The position numbers and the translations under genes were made by a program. A stretch of 63,998 nt of DNA, the filler included, from Octopus bimaculoides (Eukaryota), in the NCBI RefSeq assembly GCF_001194135.2. It is 7 parts of 6 records of this genome, joined end to end, with 100 filler letters (N's around TTAATTAATTAA, not from the genome) between each part and the next. Parts side by side here need not be neighbours in the genome. Positions count along the whole stretch, not along the records: positions 25,110 to 44,355 come from NC_068988.1; positions 44,456 to 56,745 come from NC_068992.1; 5 more parts are not named here. The stretch is one strand, 5' to 3'. Under the pieces are notes generated by a model that ran no database searches, was not told the DNA's origin, and was given only the letters and a program-made list of their open reading frames with translations. Positions 37,301 through 50,208 of the stretch are shown piece by piece. Position 1 is the first letter of the stretch. Each line of letters begins with the position of its first letter.

Positions 37301-40300
37301 TTTTTTTCTTCAGTGCCTGCGGTACAAATGGGAACGAGAGAGTATGTTATCCTCAAATCAGAAACTTAGCTGGACAACCTGCAACACAGAGAAACCTGAC
37401 CGAGGCTTTTAAGAAAACGGATGATGGTACTAAACTGGTTGACGGATAAAAGATCTACCATCCAAGAACAGACAGGACTAAGAATCGAAACTAATACTAC
37501 AAGACAACTCCCCCAACGCTTAATTTCTTTCTGGGGAACTATGAAGAATTGTAATTCGAAGAATGGAGCTGTTGGGTTTTATATATATATATGTAGTATC
37601 CTCGTGTGTGTGTGTGTGTGTGNNNNNNNNNNNNNNNNNNNNNNNNNNNNNNNNNNNNNNNNNNNNNNNNNNNNNNNNNNNNNNNNNNNNNNNNNNNNNN
37701 NNNNNNNNNNNNNNNNNNNNNNTATATATATATAATATTTTTGTAGTACCCTCGTGTATATATATATAATGTGTGTGTGTGTGGTACCCTCGTGTGTGTA
37801 TCTGTATAAAAGTATATATTTTATATTGTATGTATATATTTTATTAATTTGCTTGTACGGCTGATATTCGCTTGCCACTAGTGAAGGTATTTTAATAGTA
37901 CCATCGCTCTTATATTCACTTATAAATAATTTCACATATTTCGTTCGTTTCAGTAGTGTTTGGTCACTTCAAACGAATTTTGCAGGCATGGTGGGGGGAA
38001 ATTTTGGTAGTTGTGAGCTGGCAGACTCTGGCTGAGGAGACATACATAGAAACAGTCTGTGGGACTCGAACCTATATCTTCTGTAAACATGACAGACGTT
38101 CTACCACTGGGCCAAAGCAATCCTTCGAATTTCGATTTCCATTTTAGAAATTCTGTTCATAGCAACGACATTGAATGTTGTCTATATCATAGGGATTTAG
38201 ATACTTCGAGAAAACATGAAATACTTCGTTTTTAACGATGGAACTCGAAGTAGATAAAGCTATAAAGAAATTATTTCACGTTTTTATCTAATGATCCAAT
38301 GGTCTTTCTAACTAACGAATTCTTTTTGCTGCCTAACGTGTATACATATATATATATATATATANNNNNNNNNNNNNNNNNNNNNNNNNNNNNNNNNNNN
38401 NNNNNNNNNNNNNNNNNNNNNNNNNNNNNNNNNNNNNNNNNNNNNNNNNNNNNNNNNNNNNNNNNNNNNNNNNNNNNNNNNNNNNNNNNNNNNNNNNNNN
38501 NNNNNNNNNNNNNNNNNNNNNNNNNNNNNNNNNNNNNNNNNNNNNNNNNNNNNNNNNNNNNNNNNNNNNNNNNNNNNNNNNNNNNNNNNNNNNNNNNNNN
38601 NNNNNNNNNNNNNNNNNNNNNNNNNNNNNNNNNNNAAAAAAAGAAAGCAAAATATTTATGCTTTGTCAATAACCCTTCGAGGCATTTCAGATTTTTTTAT
38701 ATATATATAAAGATTTTCTTTTGTATAAAAGCAAATATGTTTTGCTGTTCTTTTCGCTGTTGTTTGAGTAACATTTTTTCTCCTTTTTATTTTGCTTTTC
38801 TTTTTTTCTTTTTTTTTTTCTTCACAATCTTGTACAATATTTGGTGTTGACACTTTGTTCCATTTCAAGGTTGGTAATGGCTGCGTAATATACAAACAGA
38901 AGCCACATTATACAAAACACAAGACCCATCGAACTAACGCTCACACGCACTCACTCCGCCATTGCAATCCTCAATTTGGTTATATGGCTAACTGGATTGT
39001 CATTTATGGCTCTCAAGCGGCCTCTTGCCAAGCTATGGCCAGAAAACATTTTTATTTATTATTTAATTATTCTTTATTTGTGTTTCTTTTTTCCTTAGTT
39101 TTGGTTTGTGCCTTCCTAAAGAAGGTGGACGTATATCACTAAGTGTACATGTATTTCTATCTCTGTATGCGTTTATGTAGTTATATATGCATGTGTGTGT
39201 GTGATCATATATGGCAGCAATATTTGGAGTCAATAATGAGTTGCAAGGGAGGGATGTAATCCTCTCAATACATGTTTAGTATTTATATTATCAACCCCAA
39301 AGACTTGAACTCGCCCATATTATAGACACCGACACAACTTAGTAGGAAAAACTGCCCATTCGTTCTCTCAACCCTCCACACACACACTCCTACTGGTATC
39401 TTTTGTAAGCTCCTTGGGAACTAAATCTGATAATTGGTTTGTTTTTCACTCGAAGAGCTTTTACTTCACTTATTTTGTTCAGTTAGTAACGACATTAGAA
39501 TCACAGCACACGATAATTCTTCGAAGCTTGGCGACCGAAAACGGAGCTTCTTATACTTGCAGTTTATTAAAGTAGCAGCTAACTCTTTCTATCTTAAAAA
39601 TGAAATAACATAGTGAAAAAATCTAGTCTTACACTGTTTCTGAAAAAGAAACAAAAAAGCCAAGATGGTCACAGTTTAAAAGTCTCTGACTATTGTTCAG
39701 TTTAATCGTGGTTCACCTGAGACGACAACCACAACAATAACAAATTCTCTTAAACTTTTATCAAATGCAATTATTATTCTCCCATAATTGACAGTCAAAT
39801 TAGCTTTTGTTGTTTTTGCTGCTGTTGTTGCTGCTGTGTTCGTCCCAATCCCTCCCTGATAGCGTAGCCCCATGTTCAAAGACATTCCAACCGTGACAAA
39901 TCCGTATTTTTCCAATGCAGAGACCATATTATCCAATACACCTTTTTCTAAGACGGCTGTGTGTGATTTTTATGAGATTTGGGTGTTATTTCTAGCAAGT
40001 CGAGGCAACCACAGAGTACTTCCTCCTTTGTTGGCTCGAATAAGTTCGAATGATAAACAGAGGCCACTTCAATCGATATTATTTTTTTTTAAAGTCTATT
40101 GCTGATCTTTGCTTTATCGATTTGTGAATCACAAAAGAAATTGTAGACTCTACCAGAGTTTGAACTTACAATGTAATAGCAATGAACTAAACATAAATAA
40201 GACTGTTTTACTAGACGGGTTTACACTGACGTTTTTACTGGTCATTTCCCTCGTAATAAATAAATAAATATATATATAAAATAGTATAAAATACCATTAC

Positions 40301-40458
40301 GATTAAGAGTACAGAGGCTTCTCGGCCTATATGCTGAAGATAGACGCTAAGTCCGTCTAACCACTTCAAAATATCATTTTATAATTTACACGCGTTGAAA
40401 GCGTGGAAGCAGGCATACAGAAATTTTGTGTGCCCTTAATTATAAATGTATCTTATAC

Positions 40459-40497
<39 letters not shown>

Positions 40498-42515
40498 TGA
40501 ATGTACCTAAATATAGGTCTATTTTTTATATGCTGGCCACTGATAAAATTTAGCCAAATATATATCGGTTTCAAACTTTGACCCAGTACCAGCAATTTCG
40601 GGGGAGATGTTAAGGCGATTAAATCGACTACAGTGCCCATCTGGTACTCATTTGATCGACCCCGAAAGGATGACCTCGGTTGAATTTGAACTCAGGACGC
40701 GAAGACGAACGAAATTCCGCTAAGCATTTTATCTGGCGTACTAACGATTCTCTCAGCTTGCCACATTAACAAGTAAACTGAAACAACGCCATCTGAGAAT
40801 CGAACGTGAATTCCGTTGCACATAAGTAATTCATCTCCTTCCTCTCTGACATTGATCGCTACTTTCAGCCATATTAATTATCCCGAAATTGGTACTGTGG
40901 AAGTTTTCTGTTTTCAACTGAAAGCCTTTCGTGAAATTCTGGCTGGAGAAACATATATCATAATAGTTGCAGACAGGTAGAGAAACGGAGGAATCCATCA
41001 TTTAGTTGTAAATTAATGTATTCCAAGTCTGCCGGGAATTTTGCAGAATGATCGAAGTTAACTTGATTCTTGTTGGTTTTGACAGACGACAACTCTGTGT
41101 CGGCAGTTATGTAAACAGCAACTCTCGAAGACGCATAATAACCAAATATGGCCTTTCGCCTTTTGGATTTTTCATTTTTCTCCTTTAATTTCTATCGCTT
41201 TTCTCCACAAAATACAACTACAGGAAATGTAGTACATTTATTATTTTTTTTGTTACTGTTTTTAGATAAGAAATTCAGAATTGTTTGAAATATAAAAAAA
41301 ATTATCGAAAATCTAAGTGGCATATATTTAAAGTGTGTTATTAATATACGTTTAGATAATTTCAGTGTATACCACTCACACTCACACACACCTTCTAGAT
41401 ATTCTATAAACATTGTACTTTAATGTTGGACACATTTTATTTCCATTACCCAGTTATATCATGTATGTCGTCTTTAAGAGCTTCATTAAATTTGCTTTAC
41501 TGCAGCGTTGAGCGTGTGAGAGACGCATCTCTTTCTTTCAATGAGACACTGCTCTGTTGTCCTGTATACTTCACGAATGGAGTCTCACTATAGAGTTAAT
41601 GGGAAGCTAGAAAAGAGCCGTGTTTGCTGTATGCTTTCAGCCCTATCTCACTTGTTTTTATTATTAAAGCAGTTGACACCTCTCACTCTCCGATTCTTCC
41701 TATTCTTTGGATGGTGACACAACGAAATTGAACACTTAGCCATCAGTAATACGATTTTGCTTACTTCTAAAATAATATAAATAGAATAATATAAATATAT
41801 ATTTATTTAGCATTGCTTCTATTCATATCATATTCTCTAGACAATTTATCGCCTATTTTTAAACTGGAAAACAACGGTGGATAACAGAATTGGAAGAGCG
41901 CCGGACAAAATTTCTCAAGTTCAAAACTCATTAAAGTTCGTTGAAATAAATTACCAATCAGGTACTGGGGTGATATAATTGATTATTTCTTCGATTGAAT
42001 AATAAACGTATTACTCCAGATATACTATTTCACTACAAAGGAAGCACTAACATATATCTTTAATTCTTCATCGGGCATTCAGTTTTGAAAAATAGGAAAA
42101 CCAGTTTCATTATATTTTGTATAATTCTACTGTTGATCTATAGAGACATTTGGGGGCAAATAGTCAATTTTCTAAACCCCCTGAGTTGAATTTACAACAA
42201 CGCAGGCTTCGGCTTTATGTCGTGTAAATAAGTCGACCACCATCACTTGACAACCGATGTTGGTGTGTTTACGTGCCCGCAACATAGCGGTTCGGCAAAA
42301 GAGCCCGATAGTATAAGTACTAAGCTTACAAAGAATAAGTCCTGGGGTATATTTGTTCGACTAAAAAGGCAATGCTCCAGCATGGCCGCAGTCAAATGAC
42401 AAACAAGTAAAAGAGCAAAAGATATATTCTTTTTAACCTGTTATCTTACTAAAAACCCAGCCATGTTGACTGAGACATATCAACACATTAACGTAAATTT
42501 CTTTACATGTGTAAA

Positions 42516-42635
<120 letters not shown>

Positions 42636-44019
42636 CTATTTCGTATGTTTATTTTATAATTTATTTAATGACAAAGAGGAATATGTATTTTATTCAATTA
42701 ATCCCTTTCAGTACACTTTGTCACAATTAACCATAAAACTGAACATTTATCACCCCCGGATATCCATGAATCGATATATAAAAGTCGTGTTTACAAGTGT
42801 ATCTTGTCGAGATATCTGAGATGAGTTATTGATGGCAGAATCATAATGTTCCACACTGTAATTTCATCATTAGAAAAGGGGAAAAAAATGTTGGCAGAAT
42901 CGGTAGAGCGTCGGAAAATATTTATGGCGTCTACTCTGTCTCTTTACGTTCTGAATTCAAATCTTGTGATGGATAACTTAGCCGTTCATATTTCTGTGAT
43001 CGATGAAATAAAGTACCAGTCATTTATTGAGGGTCGATTGTTTCCCGCTCTAAAATTTGGGAACGTTGTAATCTACAAAAAAAAATACTTACATGCGCTG
43101 CTGTAGCTGTGTGGTAAGAGATTTGCTTCCTAACCACATGGTCCCGGGTTCAGTCCCACTTTGGGTCACTTTAGCCAAGTGTCTTCTATTATAGTCACGG
43201 GATGACTAAAACCTTGAGAGGATTTGGTAGACGGAAACTGAAAGAAGCCTATTGTATGTGTATGCGTGTGTGCGTCTGTGTATCTCTGGTTGTTCCCCAC
43301 CACTGCTTGACAACCAATGCTGATGTGTTTACGTCACGTAATTGAGCGGTTCGGCAAAAGTCACCGCTAGACTAAGTACCAGGCTTTAAAGAAAAAGTAC
43401 TGGGGGTCGATTCATTCAACTAAAAATATTTGAAGGCGGTGCTCCAGCATGACCGCAGTCTAANNNNNNNNNNNNNNNNNNNNNNNNNNNNNNNNNNNNN
43501 NNNNNNNNNNNNNNNNNNNNNNNNNNNNNNNNNNNNNNNNNNNNNNNNNNNNNNNNNNNNNNNNNNNNNNNNNNNNNNNNNNNNNNNNNNNNNNNNNNNN
43601 NNNNNNNNNNNNNNNNNNNNNNNNNNNNNNNNNNNNNNNNNNNNNNNNNNNNNNNNNGTCCAGTTGGATAGACATGTTATTAATTTCAGTTTAGAAATGT
43701 TAATATTTTAAAGAACTTAATATAGGCGGCGAGTTGGCATAATCGTTAGCACGCCGGGCAAAACGCTTAGCGATATTTCGTATGTCTTTACAATTCTGAG
43801 TTCAAATTCCACTGAGGTCGACTTTGCCTTTCATCCTTTCGGGGTCGATAAATTAAGTACCAGTTGCAAACTGAGGCGATCTAATCGACTGGCCCCCTCC
43901 CCAAAAATTTCGGGCCTTGTACCTAGAGTAGAAAAGAACGTAGAGAGAAATAGTTTGAAAAAGGGCTGCGTGGTTGAGACGCTCGCTTTGCAGCCCCATT
44001 GCTCCATGTTCAGTTCCAC

Positions 44020-44355
44020 TGCACGGTACTTTGGCCTACTACGAAGAAAAAGCTTCGAAGAAAAAAGACCCGCTTTAGTGAATCAAAAAGGAGTGATGTT
44101 TCATCAGAACAATGCGCGACCCCACACTGCAAAGATCACATCACAGAAGATCGAAGAGCTTGGTTGGGAAAAAGTTGCTCATCCATCTTATTCTCCAGAC
44201 CTTGCTCCTTCAGACTACCATTTGTTTCGTAGTTTACAGAATCATTTGGGGAACATAACTTTCGCAAGCCAGGAGGAGGTCGAAACTGACATTTCAGAGT
44301 TCTTCGCTTTGAAACCAAAAGAGTTTTACATTGATAGGATTAAAAAGCTTGTAAA
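44020..44355 (+). mobile_element. Mariner transposase C-terminal fragment
   Basis: FHQNNARPH and HPSYSPDLAPSDYHLFRSLQNHL motifs; truncated by a gap. Confidence 0.9.
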
Positions 44356-44639
44356 NNNNNNNNNNNNNNNNNNNNNNNNNNNNNNNNNNNNNNNNNNNNT
44401 TAATTAATTAANNNNNNNNNNNNNNNNNNNNNNNNNNNNNNNNNNNNNNNNNNNNCTCCTCCCAAAACACTTTCACCGAAAATTTTTGTATATTCGGAAT
44501 CTACATAATAAATAATATATGCATAGAAAATTTCATTAAAAAAATATTCATTTTTCTGAAAGTTATGACCGTCCAAAGTCGGGGGGTACAACTCTGTAGT
44601 TATGCCGTCAATGTTTTGTAAATATACCACGATTTTCAC

Positions 44640-44830
44640 TAGGGTTTTAGGGTCAGGGTTACGGTTTTAGGGTTACGGTTAAGGTTAGGATTTAGGGTTA
44701 CGGTTAGGATTAGAGTTAGTGTTACGATTTTAGGGTCAGGGTTAGGGTTTTAGGGTTAGGGTTAGGGTTTAGGGTCACTGTTAGGGTTTGTGTTAGGATT
44801 AGGTTTTGGGTTTTAGGGTCAGGGTTGGGT
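44640..44830 (+). repeat. Degenerate interstitial telomere-like (TTAGGG/TTTTAGGG/TCAGGG/TTACGG) array
   Basis: Read directly. Confidence 0.85.
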
Positions 44831-45438
44831 AATCGTGCGGGTGTTAATCTGAAAAATTACAGATATGTGAAAACTACCGACTCTGCCGTCTATTATAACT
44901 TTTGTTGTTCTGTTTAATATATACATAGATTATGCCTCCAAAGAAGAGAGCTTGCTGGGGAAAGAAAGCAACCGCTTTAAAAAGACAGCATCAGACTGCA
45001 GCAATTCACCACATTCCAGAAGCTACTTTGAACATAATACAAAATGGTGCATCAACATCTACTGCCCAATCTGATAGAATTCTGGCAGAACTGTGTAGCA
45101 ACAGATCGCCAGCAATTGCTTCATCACAAATTGCCGTCCTAGCTCCTGCAAAAAGGGATTACCCTGCTATATATAATCAGTGCAGCGCAAAAAGTTGTTT
45201 TGCACAAGCATTTCTATAGCCAATTAGGTGGATGAAATTTATGTACGCTTAATAATGTTGCGCAAAACAGCCTTCAGACTTTCCCTATTAATTTCATCGT
45301 CTTTTGAATTATGAACATATTTACATCATAAAGGTTAATTTCGTTGCAACGCTTTCTTTTTTAGTTGATTTTCACCTAGCAAGACATCGTAAATGGCGTA
45401 ATAAGTCACACCCGGGCATGGTCGGATTATACTGCTAG

Positions 45439-45475
<37 letters not shown>

Positions 45476-45480
45476 ATACA

Positions 45481-46401
45481 CACATGGTGTTTCAAAAAAT
45501 TTGATATCATTTCGCAATCTAATAACCTTACCAGTTCTCGTTCAAATGACTTCAAATTTTAACAGCATGTGTAGAAACAGGTCAAAATTTTATGTTTAAT
45601 GTTTGATATGTTTATCTTTTTAGGTATAGAAATGGCATTCACTGAAAGAGAAAAGGCGAACACAATCGAACAAGACTGTGCAGCGTGCGTGGGATAGTTC
45701 TCTAAAAAGTCGCCTANNNNNNNNNNNNNNNNNNNNNNNNNNNNNNNNNNNNNNNNNNNNNNNNNNNNNNNNNNNNNNNNNNNNNNNNNNNNNNNNNNNN
45801 NNNNNNNNNNNNNNNNNNNNNNNNNNNNNNNNNNNNNNNNNNNNNNNNNNNNNNNNNNNNNNNNNNNNNNNNNNNNNNNNNNNNNNNNNNNNNNNNNNNN
45901 NNNNNNNNNNNNNNNNNNNNNNNNNNNNNNNNNNNNNNNNNNNNNNNNNNNNNNNNNNNNNNNNNNNNNNNNATAACAGCAAATGACAAGCGAAAGTGCA
46001 AACAATTCTGTGTTGATATGCAAGAGAAACTTGAAGAAGCCGAGTTCAAGGAACGTTTTATTTTCAGTAATGAGGCCACATTTCATACGAATGGCAAAGT
46101 CATAAGCATAATGGTCGCATTTGGGGCGAAGAAAATCCCCATGCCACAGTTGAGCATGAGAAGGACTCACCAAAAGCGAATGTGTTCTGCGCTATCTCCA
46201 AGAAGCATATTCATGGCCCATTTTTCTTTGAGGGAAATGTGACCGGCGATGTAAAATCGTTCATGGAATCCACATACCTTTGAATTTCTCATTCAAATTT
46301 GGAGGAATAAATCCTATGCTGCTCAACATTAAGTCTGTTTAGTTTCATTTGCTATGACTATGTAGCTTCTGTGATATATGCATCTCAAATGATATCAAAT
46401 T
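45481..46401 (+). mobile_element. Decayed Tc1/mariner-superfamily element
   Basis: MAFTEREKA start and FSNEATFHTNGKV...GPFFFEGNVTGD with frameshifts. Residual TIR aatttgatatcattt (~45498) / aaatgatatcaaatt (46387-46401). Confidence 0.8.
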
Positions 46402-47004
46402 ATATATATATATACACACACAAACGCGCGCGCGCACGCACACACACACATATAGAAAGGAAGAGGGAGAGAGAAAGAGAGAGATGATGATGATGATATG
46501 ATGAGTCGGCGTTAATATAAGCAATGGTGAGCTGGCAGAATCGTTGGCACACTGAGCAAAATGCTTGGCGGCATTTCGTCCGTCTTTACGTTCAGAGTTC
46601 AAATTCCGCCAGGGTCGACTTTGCCTTTCATCCTTTCGGGGTCGCTAAATTAAGTACCAGTAGAGTACTGGGGTCGATATAATCGCCTTACTCCGCCCTT
46701 GAAATTGTTGACCTTGTGCCAAAATTTGAAGCTAATATAGGAAAGATTGAGAGGGAAATGAAGAATCGGAAGAGACTGGTTCTAAGTCCAAAATTCTTCC
46801 TGGTGCCCAATTTAAGCCTAAGGTTAACAACCTATAGCTAGGGCTTCACAATCGGCAGGGCTCTCAGAATAATTAAAAGGCATAAATAATATCGATATTT
46901 GCGAGACCTGGGTATTCAAGCTTTATCTAGTTCAGGGCAGACATGGACAGTTTTTTTCGAAAAACAGGCCGCACGAGACATGGTACATCATAAAGCTGGC
47001 CGGA

Positions 47005-47055
<51 letters not shown>

Positions 47056-47713
47056 ATAAAAGTAATTTTTTGTTAGGCGTGCTATTCAGAAATTCCCGCA
47101 GGCCACAGTTTGTTCATAACTGGTTTAAGGCATTATCAAGTCTACATTCGGCATTGGTTCTCCCAACTTTTATTTTAACATTGCAAAAATTATTTCCTTT
47201 CTTTACTGTTTCGCATTTCTTTACCTCCCCGACAACGAATAACACTCACACATGCGCGCGAGCACACATATATGCACATACACACGACAAGCTTCTTTCA
47301 GTTTCCGTCTAGCAAATCCACTCACAAGGCTTTGGTCGGCCCAAAGAAGACACTTGCCCAAGTTGTCACTCAATGGATCTGAACCCGGAATCATGCAGTT
47401 GCGAGGTTTCTGGCGCGTTAAAGACAACCAGCCTGCGAAGGAATCCTGATTACTCTTGAGTTGCACACAGTAAGCAAAAGAACAATGAGTTCCCGAATCT
47501 TGTCAGACGACCTACTCAAATGATAGCATCACTCCAAAACCTTTTATTTATATATTTATTTGTGGTAAATGGTCAGCCTAACTTCGTTGCTTGATTTGAT
47601 ACCATTTTCTGATCTTTGGGCTGACTTTAGCAGAGGTCACTCTGTGGTCGACATTCAGAGCAAGCCCTCCTTTTAAGGACAAAAAGTTTCTCCACCCAAC
47701 ATCTCTCTCTCTC

Positions 47714-47795
<82 letters not shown>

Positions 47796-48283
47796 ACACA
47801 AGGTTTCCCACAGTATCTTCTCTTGAGTAGTGACACTTTTTCCAGCTGTTTGCCACTGGATAAAACAAACAAGGGCCCCCTAACCATAGGAAACACATCA
47901 GGAGGTTGCCCTTAACAACTGCCACATAATCCATTTCTTCCCTGGTTCATGATCGGTATCCCACTTGGCACCAGTTTTACAAGGGGTCCATTCGACAATA
48001 TTGATTTCCAGGTGGATTAATTGCAGGAATTGATGTGGCTGGCAGTAACTCAACAATCGAAGATACCTCTATTCTTCACCGACCCCAACTCCATAAAAAA
48101 AAAAATTTTTTTAAACGCACCATAAAATCAATTTGTTGGACAATTTTCTCTCCTCTACACCAACATTTATCGACTTCGATCTAACTTTGAACCCCATCTC
48201 CGCCCCCATTAGCTCCTAGTAAGAACCTTCTCTCTGCGCCATCAGAACTACCCTGAAATTAGACGATGACGAAAACAGCAATA

Positions 48284-48317
<34 letters not shown>

Positions 48318-48620
48318 GTATTACCCCTTCTCTAGTCACTAATCTCCTGCACACAAGAGCTACCCACATTCAGCTAGAGCATGCACATCACACCAAGCAC
48401 TCACTGTCTCTACGAAGTGACAAACATCCCAACAAAGGCATGACGACATTACTGCCTTCATTGGCAGACTAATGATCACTACAAACCTCTACGAAGTAGT
48501 ATAGCACAACAAACGTAACTGTTAGGCAGTTTTCAATAGTCTAAGAAACGGCAGATGTTCCATTGTGGACAGATATCTCTACAACAAAGACGTGATAACC
48601 CTTATAACGACGATGATAGT

Positions 48621-49020
48621 TTTAGATGGGCTGTAGTGGTCTGTTTGTATCATGATTGTGGAGCCGTCTAATGTGACTCTACTCAAAAGGCTGTAAAATC
48701 ATTTGTCAGGAACGCAGTATAAAGAATATATATAAAACAAGGCTGTCATTTTAAATGCCTTTAACGTCGGCCACACGTATATATACAAGCTGAATGATAA
48801 TTGGAAATGGTTTGATGTGTGGAGGCCATGTTCTTCCCCTGTGCGTTACCTCCTGTCTGCTAGCTGGCGTGTGGTGTGTGAGAGCTAACTAGATCACATC
48901 TTTGCTCTACGACGTCAAGATTCCAAAAGAAGAAGAGGTGAGTGTCTGAACCTTAATGTTGCTTATGCCCTCTATTGGCCAGCTTGTTTAAACTCGCTGT
49001 CAAGGGAAGTAAGTGCGCCT
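48621..49020 (+). repeat. Left arm of a ~400-bp inverted repeat (partner 52965-53341)
   Basis: Collinear reverse-complement similarity, e.g. ctctacgacgtcaa / ttgacgtcgtagag and gtatcatg..tgtggagcc / ggctccaca..catgatac. Confidence 0.85.
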
Positions 49021-49105
49021 GCATGCTTAAGGGAAATGTGGAAATGGATATACACTTGAGATGAAATGAACTGATAAGCGACGATTTATTCTCCGTTATA
49101 AAATA

Positions 49106-50204
49106 TGTAAGAAACGACCGTGCGAACTCAAAAAGGAGAAATGGTGACGAATGGAAAAATAGAGGACTCCTTTTATTTAAACGTTTCACACGGTCGAACA
49201 CACAAAATAATTATATCAAAGATGATATACAAATATGTTATGCTACGATAACATAGATGACCAGTAATGAAAGACCACAACCGTATTAGATGAATAACAG
49301 AGGTATTTATTATGGCATTAAAGTTTATGTCTGTGTGAGAGTGTGAATGCGGCATATAAGAACATAATCAAAGACAGGCCGTCGCACAAAGAAAAGTATG
49401 CATGTGAGTGATACATGTGTGTGTATGTGAGTTATTACAGCAGATAGAAAGAGAGTCAATAACCGTGAGCATTTATACCAGTTCTTAAGTACACAATAGT
49501 ATGAGTCTGTATGTGAGAGTAGTTGAGGCTGTGTGTGGCAGTGCTGATCACTAGTTGTGATGTGGCATCGATGCCGGGCCGTGATTCTTGTTATACAGAT
49601 GTTCGTCGCTGGCTGAGATTCTTGTCTGTTTATTTATCGTGGTGAAGCTGAGTCACCTAACAGAATCGAAGAGAGAGATGTGCCGCGGTGGTTTAGTTTG
49701 GTGTANNNNNNNNNNNNNNNNNNNNNNNNNNNNNNNNNNNNNNNNNNNNNNNNNNNNNNNNNNNNNNNNNNNNNNNNNNNNNNNNNNNNNNNNNNNNNNN
49801 NNNNNNNNNNNNNNNNNNNNNNNNNNNNNNNNNNNNNNNNNNNNNNNNNNNNNNNNNNNNNNNNNNNNNNNNNNNNNNNNNNNNNNNNNNNNNNNNNNNN
49901 NNNNNNNNNNNNNNNNNNNNNNNNNNNNNNNNNNNNNNNNNNNNNNNNNNNNNNNNNNNNNNNNNNNNNNNNNNNNNNNNNNNNNNNNNNNNNNNNNNNN
50001 NNNNNNNNNNNNNNNNNNNNNNNNNNNNNNTGCCGCTTCGAATATTAATCAGTCACGTGATGACAAGGAGATGGGTTCTCCGCTACGCTCGCGTTTGTTT
50101 ATATTTAAATGAGAAGATTGTATGTAATGGCGATAGCAGTTTTGTATCTAATGGCGATAGGTAGTTTTGTATTTAATGGCGATCGAGGTGTTAGTTTCAC
50201 TACA
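49106..50204 (-). mobile_element. Solo LTR (A'), TGTA...TACA termini, 4-bp TSD aata
   Basis: Reverse-complement copy of 51226-52435; aata at 49102-49105 and 50205-50208. Confidence 0.8.
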
Positions 50205-50208
50205 AATA

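Noticed and set aside
38054-38123. tRNA-like sequence on the minus strand (TCTGT-CATGTTT-ACAGA stem-loop, GGTTCGAGTCC B-box)
   Set aside because: The anticodon loop is non-canonical and there is no acceptor stem; it is a SINE head or tRNA pseudogene.
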